Assembly: GCA_000697335.1 (NCBI GenBank)
Contig: JNEM01013340.1
Coordinates: forward strand, 1-33,740
Source: Conidiobolus incongruus B7586
Taxonomy: Eukaryota
Length of the DNA: 33,740 nt
Direction: 5' to 3'
The notes beneath the pieces are model-generated. The model was not told the DNA's origin. It made no database searches and worked only from the letters and a program-made list of their open reading frames with translations. The position numbers and the translations under genes are program-made. Of this stretch, positions 1-12,565 are shown piece by piece (within the stretch, counting starts at the first letter, position 1; each line of letters begins with the position of its first letter).

Positions 1-2342
1 AATTAAACTTTAAATTAAAATGAGTTACTGATATATTAAAATTTATATTAGATAGTGTTAATATACTATAATATTAATAGAATATAGTTTTAATTTTAAG
101 AATAATGAAAAAAAAATAGTAAAAATTGAAAAAAAACCTAGTTTATTAAATAATTCAATATTATTTATATAATTCATTTAATTATAAAAGTATAAATTAA
201 TTATAAAATTTATAGTTAATTGAATTATATAGAAATATATATAAGAATTTAAAGAACTAGTTTCTTAACACTTATAATTTAATTAAAACTTGAAAAAAAT
301 TAGAGTAACTATTGTGAAATAGAATATACTAAGGTATAATTAAAAACTAAAGCTTATAATAAATTATTATAATTAATAAATCTTGATTTTTTTTGTATAA
401 TCCTTTACTAAAATATAAATTAAAGTGTTAAATTAAGTTAAATTAACTCTCTCTACAAATTCCTTTAAATAAATATTTTATTAATAAGTAAATAATAATT
501 ATTATAATAGATTATAATAATATATATTATTTTTATTTTGTTTTTAAAAAAGATTAATCAATATTTAACTTTATATCATTTTTAAATAAAACTATTTTAA
601 ATTAGTATTCTTAATATAATTTAAAAAAACCTATTATTTTTTATAATAATTATAAAATATATAAATCTAAAGTTGTAAAAAACTTACTAATTAAAAATAA
701 CTAGAAAAAACTACCATATTTAATATATTCTTTAGATTATAACTTATGTAATTATAATTATTTTAGGTAATTAAAGAACTAGCTTATAAGAAAGAAAATT
801 TCTATAAGAAAATTTAATTAATTAGTAAAACATCAAATTTTAATCTTTAAAAAAATCATTATTTAGGTATTAGATCTTTCTTAAAAATATAACAAAAAGT
901 TATTAGAAATAAAAGAAATAATTAATTTTAAATTATATATCTATTTCTATTTTTTATATATTAAAATATATATTTTTTCAATTACAAAAAATTCCCTTTA
1001 TTTAAATTACAAAGTAATAATTTATAAAAATAATAATTTTTAAAACTTTATCATTTTTTATTATATAAGTTATATTAAAAATATAAAAATAAATACTTAA
1101 TATTTTATGAAAATTAAAATCTAAATATTATTGTTAATTTTCCTATTATGAATAAAATAAAAAAAATCAAAATATTTTAAAACTAATTATATAAATAATT
1201 AATATATATTAAAATTTAGATTATAAATAATTAACAAAAATAAGCTTAGGTAAATATAGGTAAAAAAATTATTAAGATATAATCAAAGATCAAAACTTTT
1301 AAAATAAGTTATTAAAATTTATGGATAATAAATCTTTTTATATAATTTCTAATCAAATCATAAAATATTAGTCTAAAATATACCTTTTTAAAAATCTTAG
1401 TAAAAAAATTTTCTATTCTTAAGTTGATAATTATTATTATATTTAATTATAATAATATATAAATTTATTTATTTATTTTTTAAAAGAAATTAAAATAATT
1501 ATAAGTTTTATATTTTATAAAATATTTTTAATTAAAAATAATTAAGAAGTATTGTTATATTCAATATACTAATTAGATTATAACTAGTGTAACTTTAATT
1601 ACTTTCAGTAATTAAAAAAATTGATAAAAAATTTATTTAAACAAATTTACATGATGTGTGGAAAATTAAATTTAGTCTTTAATAAAAAAATTGTTTTTTA
1701 AGTGTTAGAAGTTTGCTAAAAGTTTAGCAAACAGTTATTAATAAGAAAAGTGTTAATTTTATATTTTATATTAATTTTCGTAAATTTATATATAAAAACT
1801 ATATTTAAATTTCAAAAGTTATTAATTAAAATTTGGAATAATAAATTAATTTACGGACATTTTTGAAATGATAACTAAATCTTTGTGATTAATATATTTA
1901 AACATTCTGCTCTTTTAATAGACTCTTAATTTGATTAATAGGTTTTAATTCAATAATTAAAATGTAATTCATTTAACATTGATATTATAAGCTTATAAAT
2001 ATAATTGTTGAAATAAATGTATAATTAAATATATATTAATAGTATAATATTTGAATTCAAAATTTATATGTGACTGTTATTTCAATTTCTTAATTATATC
2101 ATTTATTTATTATTGATCAATAATAAAAAAGTAATACAAAGTTGAGAATTAATGTTAAAAATATTTTCTATTATATGTTCGCTGTTTTGGAATTGGGTGA
2201 TGTTAAGTTGGATATTGTGTACATGGTTTAAGATGATATTCGTCCTGCAAAAATAGTGTATTAATGTTATAATTGTTCCGTGTGAGTATCGTGATAATGG
2301 TGTAGATATGTGGTGAAAGGGGGCGAAAAAATAATGCATGGT

Positions 2343-3533
2343 TTAGGAAAAGATCTCCTTCACATTCATCTTCTTGCCCAATTCTCCGAATACACCCCTA
2401 CGTAGTTTGAGACTGTTGAACTTTATGGTGTTCTTGACTTTCGTTATGATGGTAAAGGATTTCACAGGCTTACGCTCGACCATCTGGCCCTCGTTGTTGT
2501 CCAATATCTTGGAATTGCGTTTGGCTTCGTATTCAATAGTACTTACGGGATGAGATCGCTGGGGATTCAGATTGGTGGTTGAGAGTTTGTCAATGGTTCC
2601 AAGCTCAGGGGAGGATTTGCGACGTTCTCTCTGCTGTAGGAAATTTTCCTCTTCTGGTTTTTCTGAAAGTTCTTTGGTAAGAGAGTGCGTGGGATTGGGT
2701 AAGTGACATGACCCTCGCCTTACACGAGCCTTGGGCGCAGGATGTAACTTTGGCACTTTGGGATAGCCTTCTGCATATATGTATTCTGTAGCATCTTCAT
2801 TGGTATTGCTAATGAATAGCAAGTTAGGCATGGATTTGGTTCTGACGCGATTAGAGGTTATTGTAATTTCTTTGGCTATAGCTGCAGTATCTACTTTGCC
2901 ATTAAGTATGGTATCTAGATTGGGCAGCTGAGGTGGATTGGTACCCTTGGTGGGACGTGGGGGGTTAGGTGACTGGAGCAGGGTCCTTCCCTCGGAATCG
3001 ATTTCGATTGTGGAAGGGATTTGCACAGGTTTCAGAAGCTCTGCGAGGGGGATTGTGCTAATTTGGGGATGTGGCGAAATGACTAATTCTGGGGGGTCGT
3101 GGCTGGGGTTGGTGGTGAGTGTGGCTGGTGTAGAGGGATGCGAGTCGTTGCTGAGGTTGGGTACCTGGTCAATCGCTTGGGTAGGTGGTGCTGTAGGAGC
3201 AGCAGATGGGATTTGGATGGGGCTGACTAGGATGGGCTCAGCCAGTTTCATCCATTCCGGCGTCAGTTCTTTGGGACGCTGAACAGGGGTTATTTGAGAT
3301 TTAAACTGCTTGAATTCGGTGCTGAACTGACTGCCTAAATCCAAGTCTTCAATAACTGGAAGAGGCGTAGTTTGAATGGGATTTAGAAGATTGTCCTGAG
3401 CGTTGAGATTGTGGCTGCTGGAGAGCCGTTTTAAGCTCTTGCGAAATGTTTTATTAATATAATCTTTAGCCTGCAAAGATGTGTCGACGAGGGAGTCCCT
3501 CTGGCGATATATGGATTTCACTCTCAAAGTCAT
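2343..3533 (-). CDS. Hypothetical Pro/Ser/Thr-rich, probably disordered protein (~396 aa from ATG at 3533)
   Basis: Uninterrupted ~1.2 kb ORF lying on a sharp GC-rich island within AT-rich flanks. The track start at 3554 is TTG; the first ATG is at 3533 (MTLRVKS). No recognisable domain. Several basic-Ser motifs (RRGS, RRKSS, RTKSMP, KRLSS). Confidence 0.75.
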   Translation of the reverse strand: MTLRVKSIYRQRDSLVDTSLQAKDYINKTFRKSLKRLSSSHNLNAQDNLLNPIQTTPLPVIEDLDLGSQFSTEFKQFKSQITPVQRPKELTPEWMKLAEPILVSPIQIPSAAPTAPPTQAIDQVPNLSNDSHPSTPATLTTNPSHDPPELVISPHPQISTIPLAELLKPVQIPSTIEIDSEGRTLLQSPNPPRPTKGTNPPQLPNLDTILNGKVDTAAIAKEITITSNRVRTKSMPNLLFISNTNEDATEYIYAEGYPKVPKLHPAPKARVRRGSCHLPNPTHSLTKELSEKPEEENFLQQRERRKSSPELGTIDKLSTTNLNPQRSHPVSTIEYEAKRNSKILDNNEGQMVERKPVKSFTIITKVKNTIKFNSLKLRRGVFGELGKKMNVKEIFS

Positions 3534-5143
3534 GATTAAGTAGGACAGAACCAAAAGATTTAAATAAATAAAAAAATGTATTCAGGAACTAAAACAAGGT
3601 TGCAATCTAAAAGTCGAATGATTCAATTTATAGCTTAAATATGGAAATGCAATTACCAAATGGATAAATTTCCTTAATTCATGATTAAAAACATGTGGTA
3701 AAGATCAGAATAGCCTGAAAATTCTCCTTAAATTGCTTATATTATTAATAAATTTTGCTGGGATTTTACTACGATAATCCTTTTCAAATCATTGAATATT
3801 CCCTATACTATCATTTATTTACATTATTTTATATTGAGTAAAGGAGTTTTTGGTTTTTACTTGATATTTAACTAAATTTGATCTTTTAATGAGTCATATG
3901 ATTGTAATCTTATATTTTGATCCTTTTTCAAACTAATCTGATAAACCTTATTGGAGTATTGTTTGTTTAATCTTGGCCATTTATTGGTCAATTAAAAGTA
4001 AATTATCCAATTGTTATGGTATTTTTGCTGATGTTGAATAAAAGATTAAAAACTTTGATAGTTTTAAAGAATTCCAAGCAATTCCCACATATACATACAA
4101 AATATTAACAAATATTATGTATTAAGGACATAATCAAACAATACATTTTCATTTTGGGGTAAAATAAGTTTTAGTTATTTAAATTACACAATCTCTCTGA
4201 TGTTGATTCTAAATAACTTAAGTTTGGCTAATTATTTCTTTAAATTTAATTAATACTGGAGTTAGAGTTTAGCTCTATAAAATCAGTCAAAAGTGTATAT
4301 TGTTTGATGACATATATAAATATAAAGTTGTTAAATGGTATACATATATATTTTAGATAATTATATGTTATTTATATCGATATGACATTCCACTATCATA
4401 GATTTATTTAATTAAATGTATTAATAGCTTTAACAAAGAATTATATTCAACTATTTTAGACACATCTCTTAACGGAATGTTAGGAGCCAATATTAATTAA
4501 AGGTTAATTTTTAAAATTTTGAAAATTATCAGGAACCCATCAATAATTGAAATTTGATTGAATATTAATTCATTTTTCGGTGATATTATTTAAATATTTG
4601 TAACCTATATTTAAATATTATCATTCTTTATAAGCTTTAAATATCTTTTTAATAATGTATTGGTTTTTTAAAGGGTAAGTAGTTATTAAAATTGAACGAA
4701 TTTTTATGATTATTGACAATATTAAAAGACTGTTAGAGACAGGGTTAATCAAATATATTGAGCCAAGTTTTTTATTTAAAAGTATATAATTACCTTTGAA
4801 ATAATTTTTATAGTGCAGTTTATTGAAATATTGATTTAATAATAGTTATTAAAAATCTATAAAATTTATATCAAATATAATTTTTGTATCAAAATTATAT
4901 AAAATTATTTGATATTTATTATGATTTAATAAGTAGATGATATAAAAGATACATTTGAAAAGAAAATTTCGGTTTAAATCCACATTAAATATGGTCTTAA
5001 TTGAATATGATTTAATAATTAATTCAATTGAAATTGTTTCTTGGTTTTGTTTTATATTCAATTCAAATCTACTTTTAATAATCTTTATCTTCTTTTAATC
5101 ATCTATTAAATAAACACATATTAAAAATAAAAAACAATAAAGA

Positions 5144-7677
5144 ATGACTAATTCCAGTCTCTTTCGTTCGGAGGAGATGTCCCTAATTCAATTATACATC
5201 CCTTACGAATTAGCCCCTTCTACCTGTAACTTATTAGGTGAACAAGGGTTAGTAGAATTTCGCGATTTAAATCCAGAAGTGAACGCTTTTCAACGTTCTT
5301 TCGTAGGTGAAATTAGAAGGTTCGTAGAGTTGGAAAGAAAATTAAGATTCTTCCAAAGTCAAATAGATAAAACAGATATTAGAGTTGCCCCTTTGCCTGA
5401 AGTTGGCACTCATACTAGGTTGAGAAGTCCTAGGGAGATTGATGACTTGGCCCAGACTATTACTTTACATGAAAATAGATTATTGGAGCTTAATTCTAGT
5501 TATACTAAGTTGATGAAAAGGAATTTAGAGTTGACTGAATTGAGACATGTTTTGAATGAAGCTGAATCTTTCTTCCAAAGAGTATGTAATTTGATATCTA
5601 TTTTTACGCTGTTTTATTAATTTTATTTGTTTAGGCTGCTTACTCTCAGGATGATGCTTTGCGCTTGACTGATGATACTCCTCTCTTACATGATGTTGAA
5701 TCCAACTTTCAAGAATCTGGAGGCCGCGCTATCAATCTTGGTTTTATTTCTGGTGTTATCCCTCGCTCTAGAATCAATACATTTGAAAGAGTTTTATGGA
5801 GAGCTCTTCGTGGTAACTTGTATATGAACCAAGCTGAAATTCCCGAACCAGTAACTGACCCCAACACTGACGAAGCTATTGAAAAGAATGTATTCGTCAT
5901 CTTCTCTCACGGTCAGGAGGTCCTTAACAAGGCTCGTAAGATCGCTGAGTCTTTGGGTGCTACTTTGTACTCCATTGACGACCATCCTGATGCTAGACAT
6001 CAAGCTATGACTCAAGTCACTAACCGCATCAACGATTTGACTTCCGTTTTATACAACACCAATCACGCTCGTCGTGCCGAGTTGATCCGCATTTCTGAAG
6101 ACTTATTAATGTGGATTGCTATTGTCAAGAAAGAAAAAGCTATCTACCATACTATGAACCTTTTCAACTATGACAATACTCGCCGTTGTCTCATTGCTGA
6201 AGGTTGGACTCCCACCAACTCCTTGGATCAAGTGCAAGCTACCTTGAGACAAGCTGGTGAGAGTGAAAACATGATGGGATCTATCCTTCATGAAGTCAAG
6301 ACCACTCGTACTCCCCCTACTTACCATCGTACCGACAGGTTCACTTCTGGTTTCCAGGCCATCGTCGACTCTTATGGTGTTGCTAAGTATGGTGAAGTCA
6401 ATCCTGGTCTCTTCACCATCATCTCCTTCCCCTTCCTTTTCGCCGTGATGTTTGGTGATATTGGTCACGGTTTTATCACCTTCTTGGTGGCTTTATACTT
6501 GGTCTTGAACGAGAAAAAGCTTGCCAAGGTCAAAGGTGGCGAATTCTTTGGAATGCTTTTTGGAGGTCGTTACATCGTCTTATTAATGGGTCTCTTCTCC
6601 GTCTACACCGGTATTATCTACAACGATATCTTCTCTCGTTCTTTGAACATCTTTGGCTCTGGTTGGAAGTTTTCTACCGCTGAACCTGGTCAAGTCATTA
6701 CCGCTACCAAGACTGGTGTCTATCCCATTGGTATCGATCCTGCCTGGCACGGTTCCGAAAATGCTTTGATCTTCACCAACTCTTACAAGATGAAGATGTC
6801 CATTCTTTTTGGTGTCATCCAGATGACATTTGGTATTTTTTTGAATTATTTCAACTTTAAGCACTTCAACAAAGAGTACAGTATCTATCTTGAACTCATT
6901 CCCCAGTTGATCTTTATGTTAAGTATCTTTGGTTACCTCTGCGTGACTATTATTTACAAGTGGTGCGTGGATTGGTCTCAACTTGGTAACCCTCCCGGTC
7001 TCTTGAATATGCTAATTTACATGTTCTTGCAACCTGGTTCAGTCAAGCCTGAAGATCAATTGTACTCTGGTCAAGCTACAGTCCAAACTTTGTTATTGAT
7101 CCTCGCTCTCCTCTGTGTTCCTATCTTGTTGTTCGGTAAGCCTGCCTACTTGTATATGGAGCATAAGCGCACTGTTGCTGCTGGCTACTCCTCCTTACCT
7201 GGAGGCCATGCTGCCAACGAAGACGGAGCTCCCGCTATCGACGCCGTCGCTCCCGTTGGCGAAGGTTCTCACGACGACCATAGTCACGGCAAAGAATTCC
7301 AATTTGGTGAAGTGATGATCAATCAAGTGATTCACACTATTGAATTCTGTCTTGGTTGTATCTCCAACACTGCTTCCTATCTCCGTCTGTGGGCCTTATC
7401 TCTTGCTCACGCTCAACTTTCCGTCGTCCTTTGGGATATGACACTCGAACCTATCTTTGGATTGACTGGCGTCATCTACTACATTGCACTTCCCATCGCC
7501 GTCGTCTTCTGGTTCATCGCCACCTTAGCCATCTTAATCGGTATGGAAGGTTTGTCTGCTTTCTTGCACGCTCTCCGTCTTCACTGGGTCGAATTTAACA
7601 ACAAATTCTACGCTGGTACCGGTACTATGTTCGCTCCCTTCGATTTTTCCAAGGTCTTAGCTGAAGAAGAATCTTAA
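5144..7677 (+). CDS. VPH1: V-type H+-ATPase V0 subunit a (Vph1/Stv1 family), ~826 aa; exons 5144-5581 and 5635-7677
   Basis: N-terminal LFRSEEMSLIQL and FRDLNPEVNAFQR; PPTYHRT; EVNPG..FPFLFAVMFGDIGHG; C-terminal SNTASYLRLWALSLAHAQLS (with the essential Arg) and LRLHWVEF. A 53-nt GTATGT...TTAG intron (5582-5634) joins the two track ORFs in frame. Vph1 versus Stv1 orthology not resolved. Confidence 0.96.
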
Positions 7678-7907
7678 ATTCATGTTAATTTGATTTAACT
7701 GATTTATACAACTACTTTTAGTTGATTATTAATAAAATCTCTTTTGTTTTCACTTCAATATAATTATTTGGATATATTATGTTTTTACGGATTAGTGAGT
7801 TAAAATGTGAATAGTGATAATAGAGTAGAAAAGATAAATTTGAGCAATTATAATCTTGCGGGTCAGAAAATAGGTAAAATTGAATGAATCGATACCTCAT
7901 AATATAA

Positions 7908-7979
7908 GGCTCGATGGTTTAGTGGTATAATTCTCCCTTAGGGTGGGAGAGGTCCTGGGTTCGATTCCCAGTCGAGCCC
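7908..7979 (+). tRNA. tRNA-Pro (anticodon AGG), intronless
   Basis: Full cloverleaf: acceptor GGCTCGA/TCGAGCC, anticodon stem CTCCC/GGGAG around TT-AGG-GT, T arm CTGGG-TTCGATT-CCCAG. T-rich tract downstream. Confidence 0.97.
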
Positions 7980-8744
7980 TTTCCTTTTATTCATTTCTAT
8001 ATTTTTTATTCTTTATTCAATTTTTTCATCCATATTTTATCTTTTTCATTTTCACTATTTTTTGTCTCTTATTATACACTTTTATTCTTTAAATACCATA
8101 TATTTTTGTGTTTTTAAAATATTTTATAATTTAGTAACAGAATTTTTATAATATTATAATTTTTTGTTAAAAAAATTGTTTTGTTAAATATCAAATATAT
8201 TCACAAGATAAATTCAGATTGAATATAAATAGGATTAGTTGCAGAATTTAATACATTGATGATTATTTTCAAATATTTCCAGGTTTTTCATATTCAATAC
8301 CACTCATTAAAATTGATCGACTTTTGGTATTAAGATAAATTTTATATCATTTGAAATGTTTTTATACTTTCGTGTTAGTCATTAATCGGTAGATATTAAG
8401 TCCACGACAAGTGATGAAAATAGCTAAGAATTGATTAAAATTGGATAATTTTATCATATTTGAATTTGAGTATAATCCATAAATTGCACAGGATCTTGTT
8501 ATAAAAAGTATTGATTAATTATTTACGAATTAACTGAATAGTTTATATTAAAATTTTGACTTATGATTCAAGTTAAATAATTAAATGAAAATCAAAAATA
8601 TCAACAAATATAACTAACCAACATCTCAGTTAAATGAAAATTTATAATTTTATTAAATAATACAATAAATTATATATTTTAAAAATTATTTAATTCTCAA
8701 TACAGAGCTTATTATTTTCTATTTTAAAAATTTTAATCATTCTA

Positions 8745-8766
8745 ATATATATATATATATATATAT
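8745..8766. repeat. (AT)n microsatellite, ~11 units
   Basis: Perfect alternating AT run read directly. Confidence 0.9.
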
Positions 8767-10290
8767 TATATAACCTTTTTAATATTAAATCTAATATTTA
8801 ATATATTTTATAAACTATATTATTTTGTCAATTTTGATTAAAAAAAATTATTAATTTTCGATATAATTTATGAATTCGAAAAATTTCATAATATATACTA
8901 GGTATAATTAGGTAATATACAAATATAATTATATTTTTATATTAATGAAATCATGAAATATAAATTTTAATGTCAATTAATTAATAATTTTGAGAATAAT
9001 ATAATATTTTTTCATATTAATAAATTCGAATTAATTTGTAAATAATGGTGTTTAAATTATGAATAATATACAATTTGGGATATGCATTAATAAGATATCA
9101 ATATAATGATTCTTTAGACAGGTAGCGAGATTATAATAAAAATATTATGATATTTAGAAATGATCTAAATATATTAACATCATATTTTTCTTTAAACTAT
9201 CTTAATTCCAAAAGAATTTTTTTATTCCGAGATATTCAATTAAATGAAAATAATTTATTTTACAATATAATAAAATTAGTACATTTTATAAAATATAACC
9301 TGAAAACTATGATTTAATGATGAATTGATGTTTTTAGAGAACATATCAAAATTGTATAAGTGATAATCTACTTTTTGACAGAGACGGTTTTTAAAAATTG
9401 TCAGGATCTCAACTGCTCAATCTAAGATTTTACTAATCCGTTTTCTGTGAAATTTTATATTAAGCTCCTTTTAATCATATAATAGCCGATTTTTTAAATT
9501 ATAAACTTTAATTATATTGATTTTTAATTTATATTAAATTCATCGATAAATTGAACTTGTATAAATCATAATACTTTAGACTTTGAATCACTCCTTGTAT
9601 CAAGCAAAAAATTACAAACGGATAATTATTTGTGGAATGAATTTATATTAAATATAAATTTTAAAACAAACAAATTTTATGATTTCACAATGCCATTTTT
9701 TAATAAGAGAAATGAATTGAATAAGTATTAGATGTAATAAGAATATTATAGAATAAAACTGATTAGTAATATAATACTATTAATTAGTAATTCAATAATT
9801 TTTTTTAAAATGATTTATAAACTTTCTGAACAGATAAAATTCAGATTAAGTTAAAAACAAAAATTAAAACCTTTATTAAATTTTTAATCAATGAAACATC
9901 AAAAAAATATAATTAATTTAACCACTACTTGATCATCATCTAGCTTATCACAATGTATACTGATTTCGTATGTCAATTTTTTTCTAGCAAATGTTGAGAA
10001 TTTGGAGTTATAAAATATTAATGACGCGGTGGAACGTCAATTGAAGACCAGAAGAAGGCTAATAAAATTCTGGAAACTCGTCCAAATTTAAGAAAATTCA
10101 AATTACTCTAAATTTGGGGTGGCAGGAATTATGAGCATGGTTTTAACAAGTGGTCATTATGATGGATAGGAATATCAAAATGAATATTCAATATAAAAGT
10201 CATCCATTGGAGATACGAGGATGCAGAATTGAGGTGACTGGAAGCCAACTTAATTGTTACTCAACAACCACTCAATCGCTAGGAGGTTTG

Positions 10291-10300
10291 AACCAATCAG
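10291..10300 (+). promoter_or_regulatory. Candidate CCAAT box upstream of GSK3 copy 1
   Basis: AACCAATCAG ~160 nt before the ATG, in a GC-richer upstream block. ACCAATCAG also occurs upstream of copy 2 (14339-14347). Confidence 0.4.
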
Positions 10301-10455
10301 TGTGATATTTGGCACGGGGTATCGAATTTGTAATACGTGAAATTATAACATAAAATCAATCATTACAATTAGAATCAAGTACTTTTTATTGTTATTTAAT
10401 ATACGCTATACTTCAATATTTCATATCTTTTATACTCACTGAATATTTTTATTAA

Positions 10456-11780
10456 ATGCTGATGAATGGTCAACCTACAAATCATTTGCCTCCTCAACCT
10501 GGTAATTAAAGAGCTTAACTATTTAATTTTGTTTTTGAGCTGATAGTTGTTTTAGATCAACCCAGCCCCACGGATGTGATCTCTGTGCAAGCTAATGACG
10601 GATTATCGGGACAAGTTGAAGAGATCCATTACACTCGATGTAAAGCTTATGCCAACGGATCTTTCGGTGTAGTTTATCAAGCTCAGTTAATTCATAGCGG
10701 AGAACTTATTGCTATTAAGAGAGTATTACAAGATCCCCGATTTAGAGTAATAACAAGAAATTGATTTTTAAACAAAGTTTTAATTGATTAATTTATTTAG
10801 AACAGAGAACTTCAAATTATGAGAAGTGTCAGACATCCTAATGTTATGGAATTGAAATATTATTTTTATACTCAAGCTACTCAGGTAAATTATTTTTAAT
10901 TCATATATTTATTTTAGTATTAATAGTCATTTAGAGTGAAGATACCTATTTAAATCTTGTGCTAGAATTTATGCCCGAAACTGTATTTCAATTAAGTCGT
11001 CATTATCACAGGCTACGCGAACCTGTCCCATTCCTCCATGTTAAATTGTACGTATATCAAATGTTGAGAGCTTTAGCTTACATTCACGTTGCTGGAATAT
11101 GCCACCGCGATATTAAACCCCAAAATTTATTAGTCGATACTAGGACCGGAGTTTTAAAGTTATGCGACTTTGGATCTGCAAAAGTGCTTGTTCCAGGAGA
11201 ACCCAACGTCGCTTACATTTGTTCTAGATACTACAGAGCTCCAGAATTGATCTTTGGTGCCACAAGCTATACCAGTAGCATTGATATCTGGTCAGCAGGT
11301 TGTGTGATGGCCGAAATTATCAATGGCCAGCCATTATTCCCAGGTGATAGTGGAATTGATCAACTTGTTGAAATTATAAAAATTTTGGGTACTCCCACAA
11401 GAGATGAAATCAATGCTATGAACCCAGCCTATGTCAACCATAAATTCCCCACTATTAGACCATTGCCTCTCTCCAAAATCTTTAAGCCTAGAAGCGATCC
11501 GGCAGCTATTGAATTCTTGCCAATGCTTCTCAACTACACTCCCTCACGAAGGTTGACTGCCGTTCAAGCTATGGCTCACCCTTACTTTGATGAGCTTCGC
11601 AGTCCCGATGCTACTTTTAACGGCAACCCTCTTCCCGAACTCTTCAACTTCTCACAGCAGGAACTTCTCGTTGATCCGAGCGTTAACCATCGTCTCGTTC
11701 CCGAACGCATCATTCACCAGATGCGAGATGTTGGACTAGATATGGGCCGATTTTTTCCCTACTGGAATGGCAACAACTAG
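10456..11780 (+). CDS. GSK3: GSK3/Shaggy-family Ser/Thr kinase, copy 1 (~388 aa); exons 10456-10501, 10556-10746, 10801-10884, 10935-11780
   Basis: [39 protein letters not shown] and [22 protein letters not shown]. Three GT-AG introns (54, 54, 50 nt) splice in frame. Confidence 0.95.
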
Positions 11781-12538
11781 GAGACAGTGTACCCCTTCCA
11801 AGCCACAAAGCCTAAGCTCACACTATTTAATCATTCCCAAAATGAACAATGTAATTAATGTGACCCTACATATCTTACCCCTTCAACTATTTCGAACTGC
11901 TAACTTTACACGTATTTTTTTGAAATTATTTAAAACTTTTCAAACAATTATAACTTAGTTACAATTATAGTGATAATCAAATTCAAACTATTCAAATCTG
12001 TCAAAATATTTTGAGTACCTAAAAAAATATCAAGTTTTTAATTAATTTCTTTTTACTTAAAAAAAATAAATATTATAAAAGAATAATATTAATTAAAAAT
12101 CAATGAATAGGAAATTCTATTAATTAAATTAAATTTATTTTCGGATGAATTTTTATTAATAATATTACTACCTTTTTCCTTTGACTTGGACTTAATAGGT
12201 TTAATTAATTTATTTATCATCTTAAAATTTTAATTTATTTTAAAAAAATTCAAAAGATATATTTTTTAAAATTAAATTTATAAATACTAGTGATTATAAT
12301 ATTAAATAATAAATTCAAGTTTCTTTATTAATATAATATAATTCCAAACTTTTGGATGTTATCTAATTAATAATTCTAGTTTATTAATTAATTTATTGTC
12401 TTTTGTAATTTATATTAGTATCATAGAATTTTTAAATCCCTTTTCAATAACCAAGGGGTTTGTCAATATTTATTTAGATGTTTATTGATTAAATTTCTAT
12501 TAGTTTTTTTTCAAGAAAAATTTCTTTTATTGAATACC

Positions 12539-12565
12539 TATATATATATATATATATATATATAT
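12539..12565. repeat. (TA)n microsatellite, ~13 units
   Basis: Perfect alternating TA run read directly. Confidence 0.9.

Noticed and set aside
1711..1732. 10-bp perfect inverted repeat GTTTGCTAAA-AG-TTTAGCAAAC
   Set aside because: Considered as a Helitron-type hairpin or element end, but no CTRR terminus at the expected distance and no partner terminus or TSD was seen.
2938..3282. 114-aa Gly-rich ORF on +
   Set aside because: Antisense shadow of the Pro-rich minus-strand gene.
5709..7598. Several 63-120 aa ORFs overlapping the V-ATPase gene
   Set aside because: Antisense or alternative-frame by-products of a GC-richer conserved CDS.
10020..10340. GC-richer block upstream of GSK3 copy 1 as a possible extra gene
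   Set aside because: The + strand frames read were interrupted by stops and the track shows no ORF here; more simply promoter or 5' UTR sequence.
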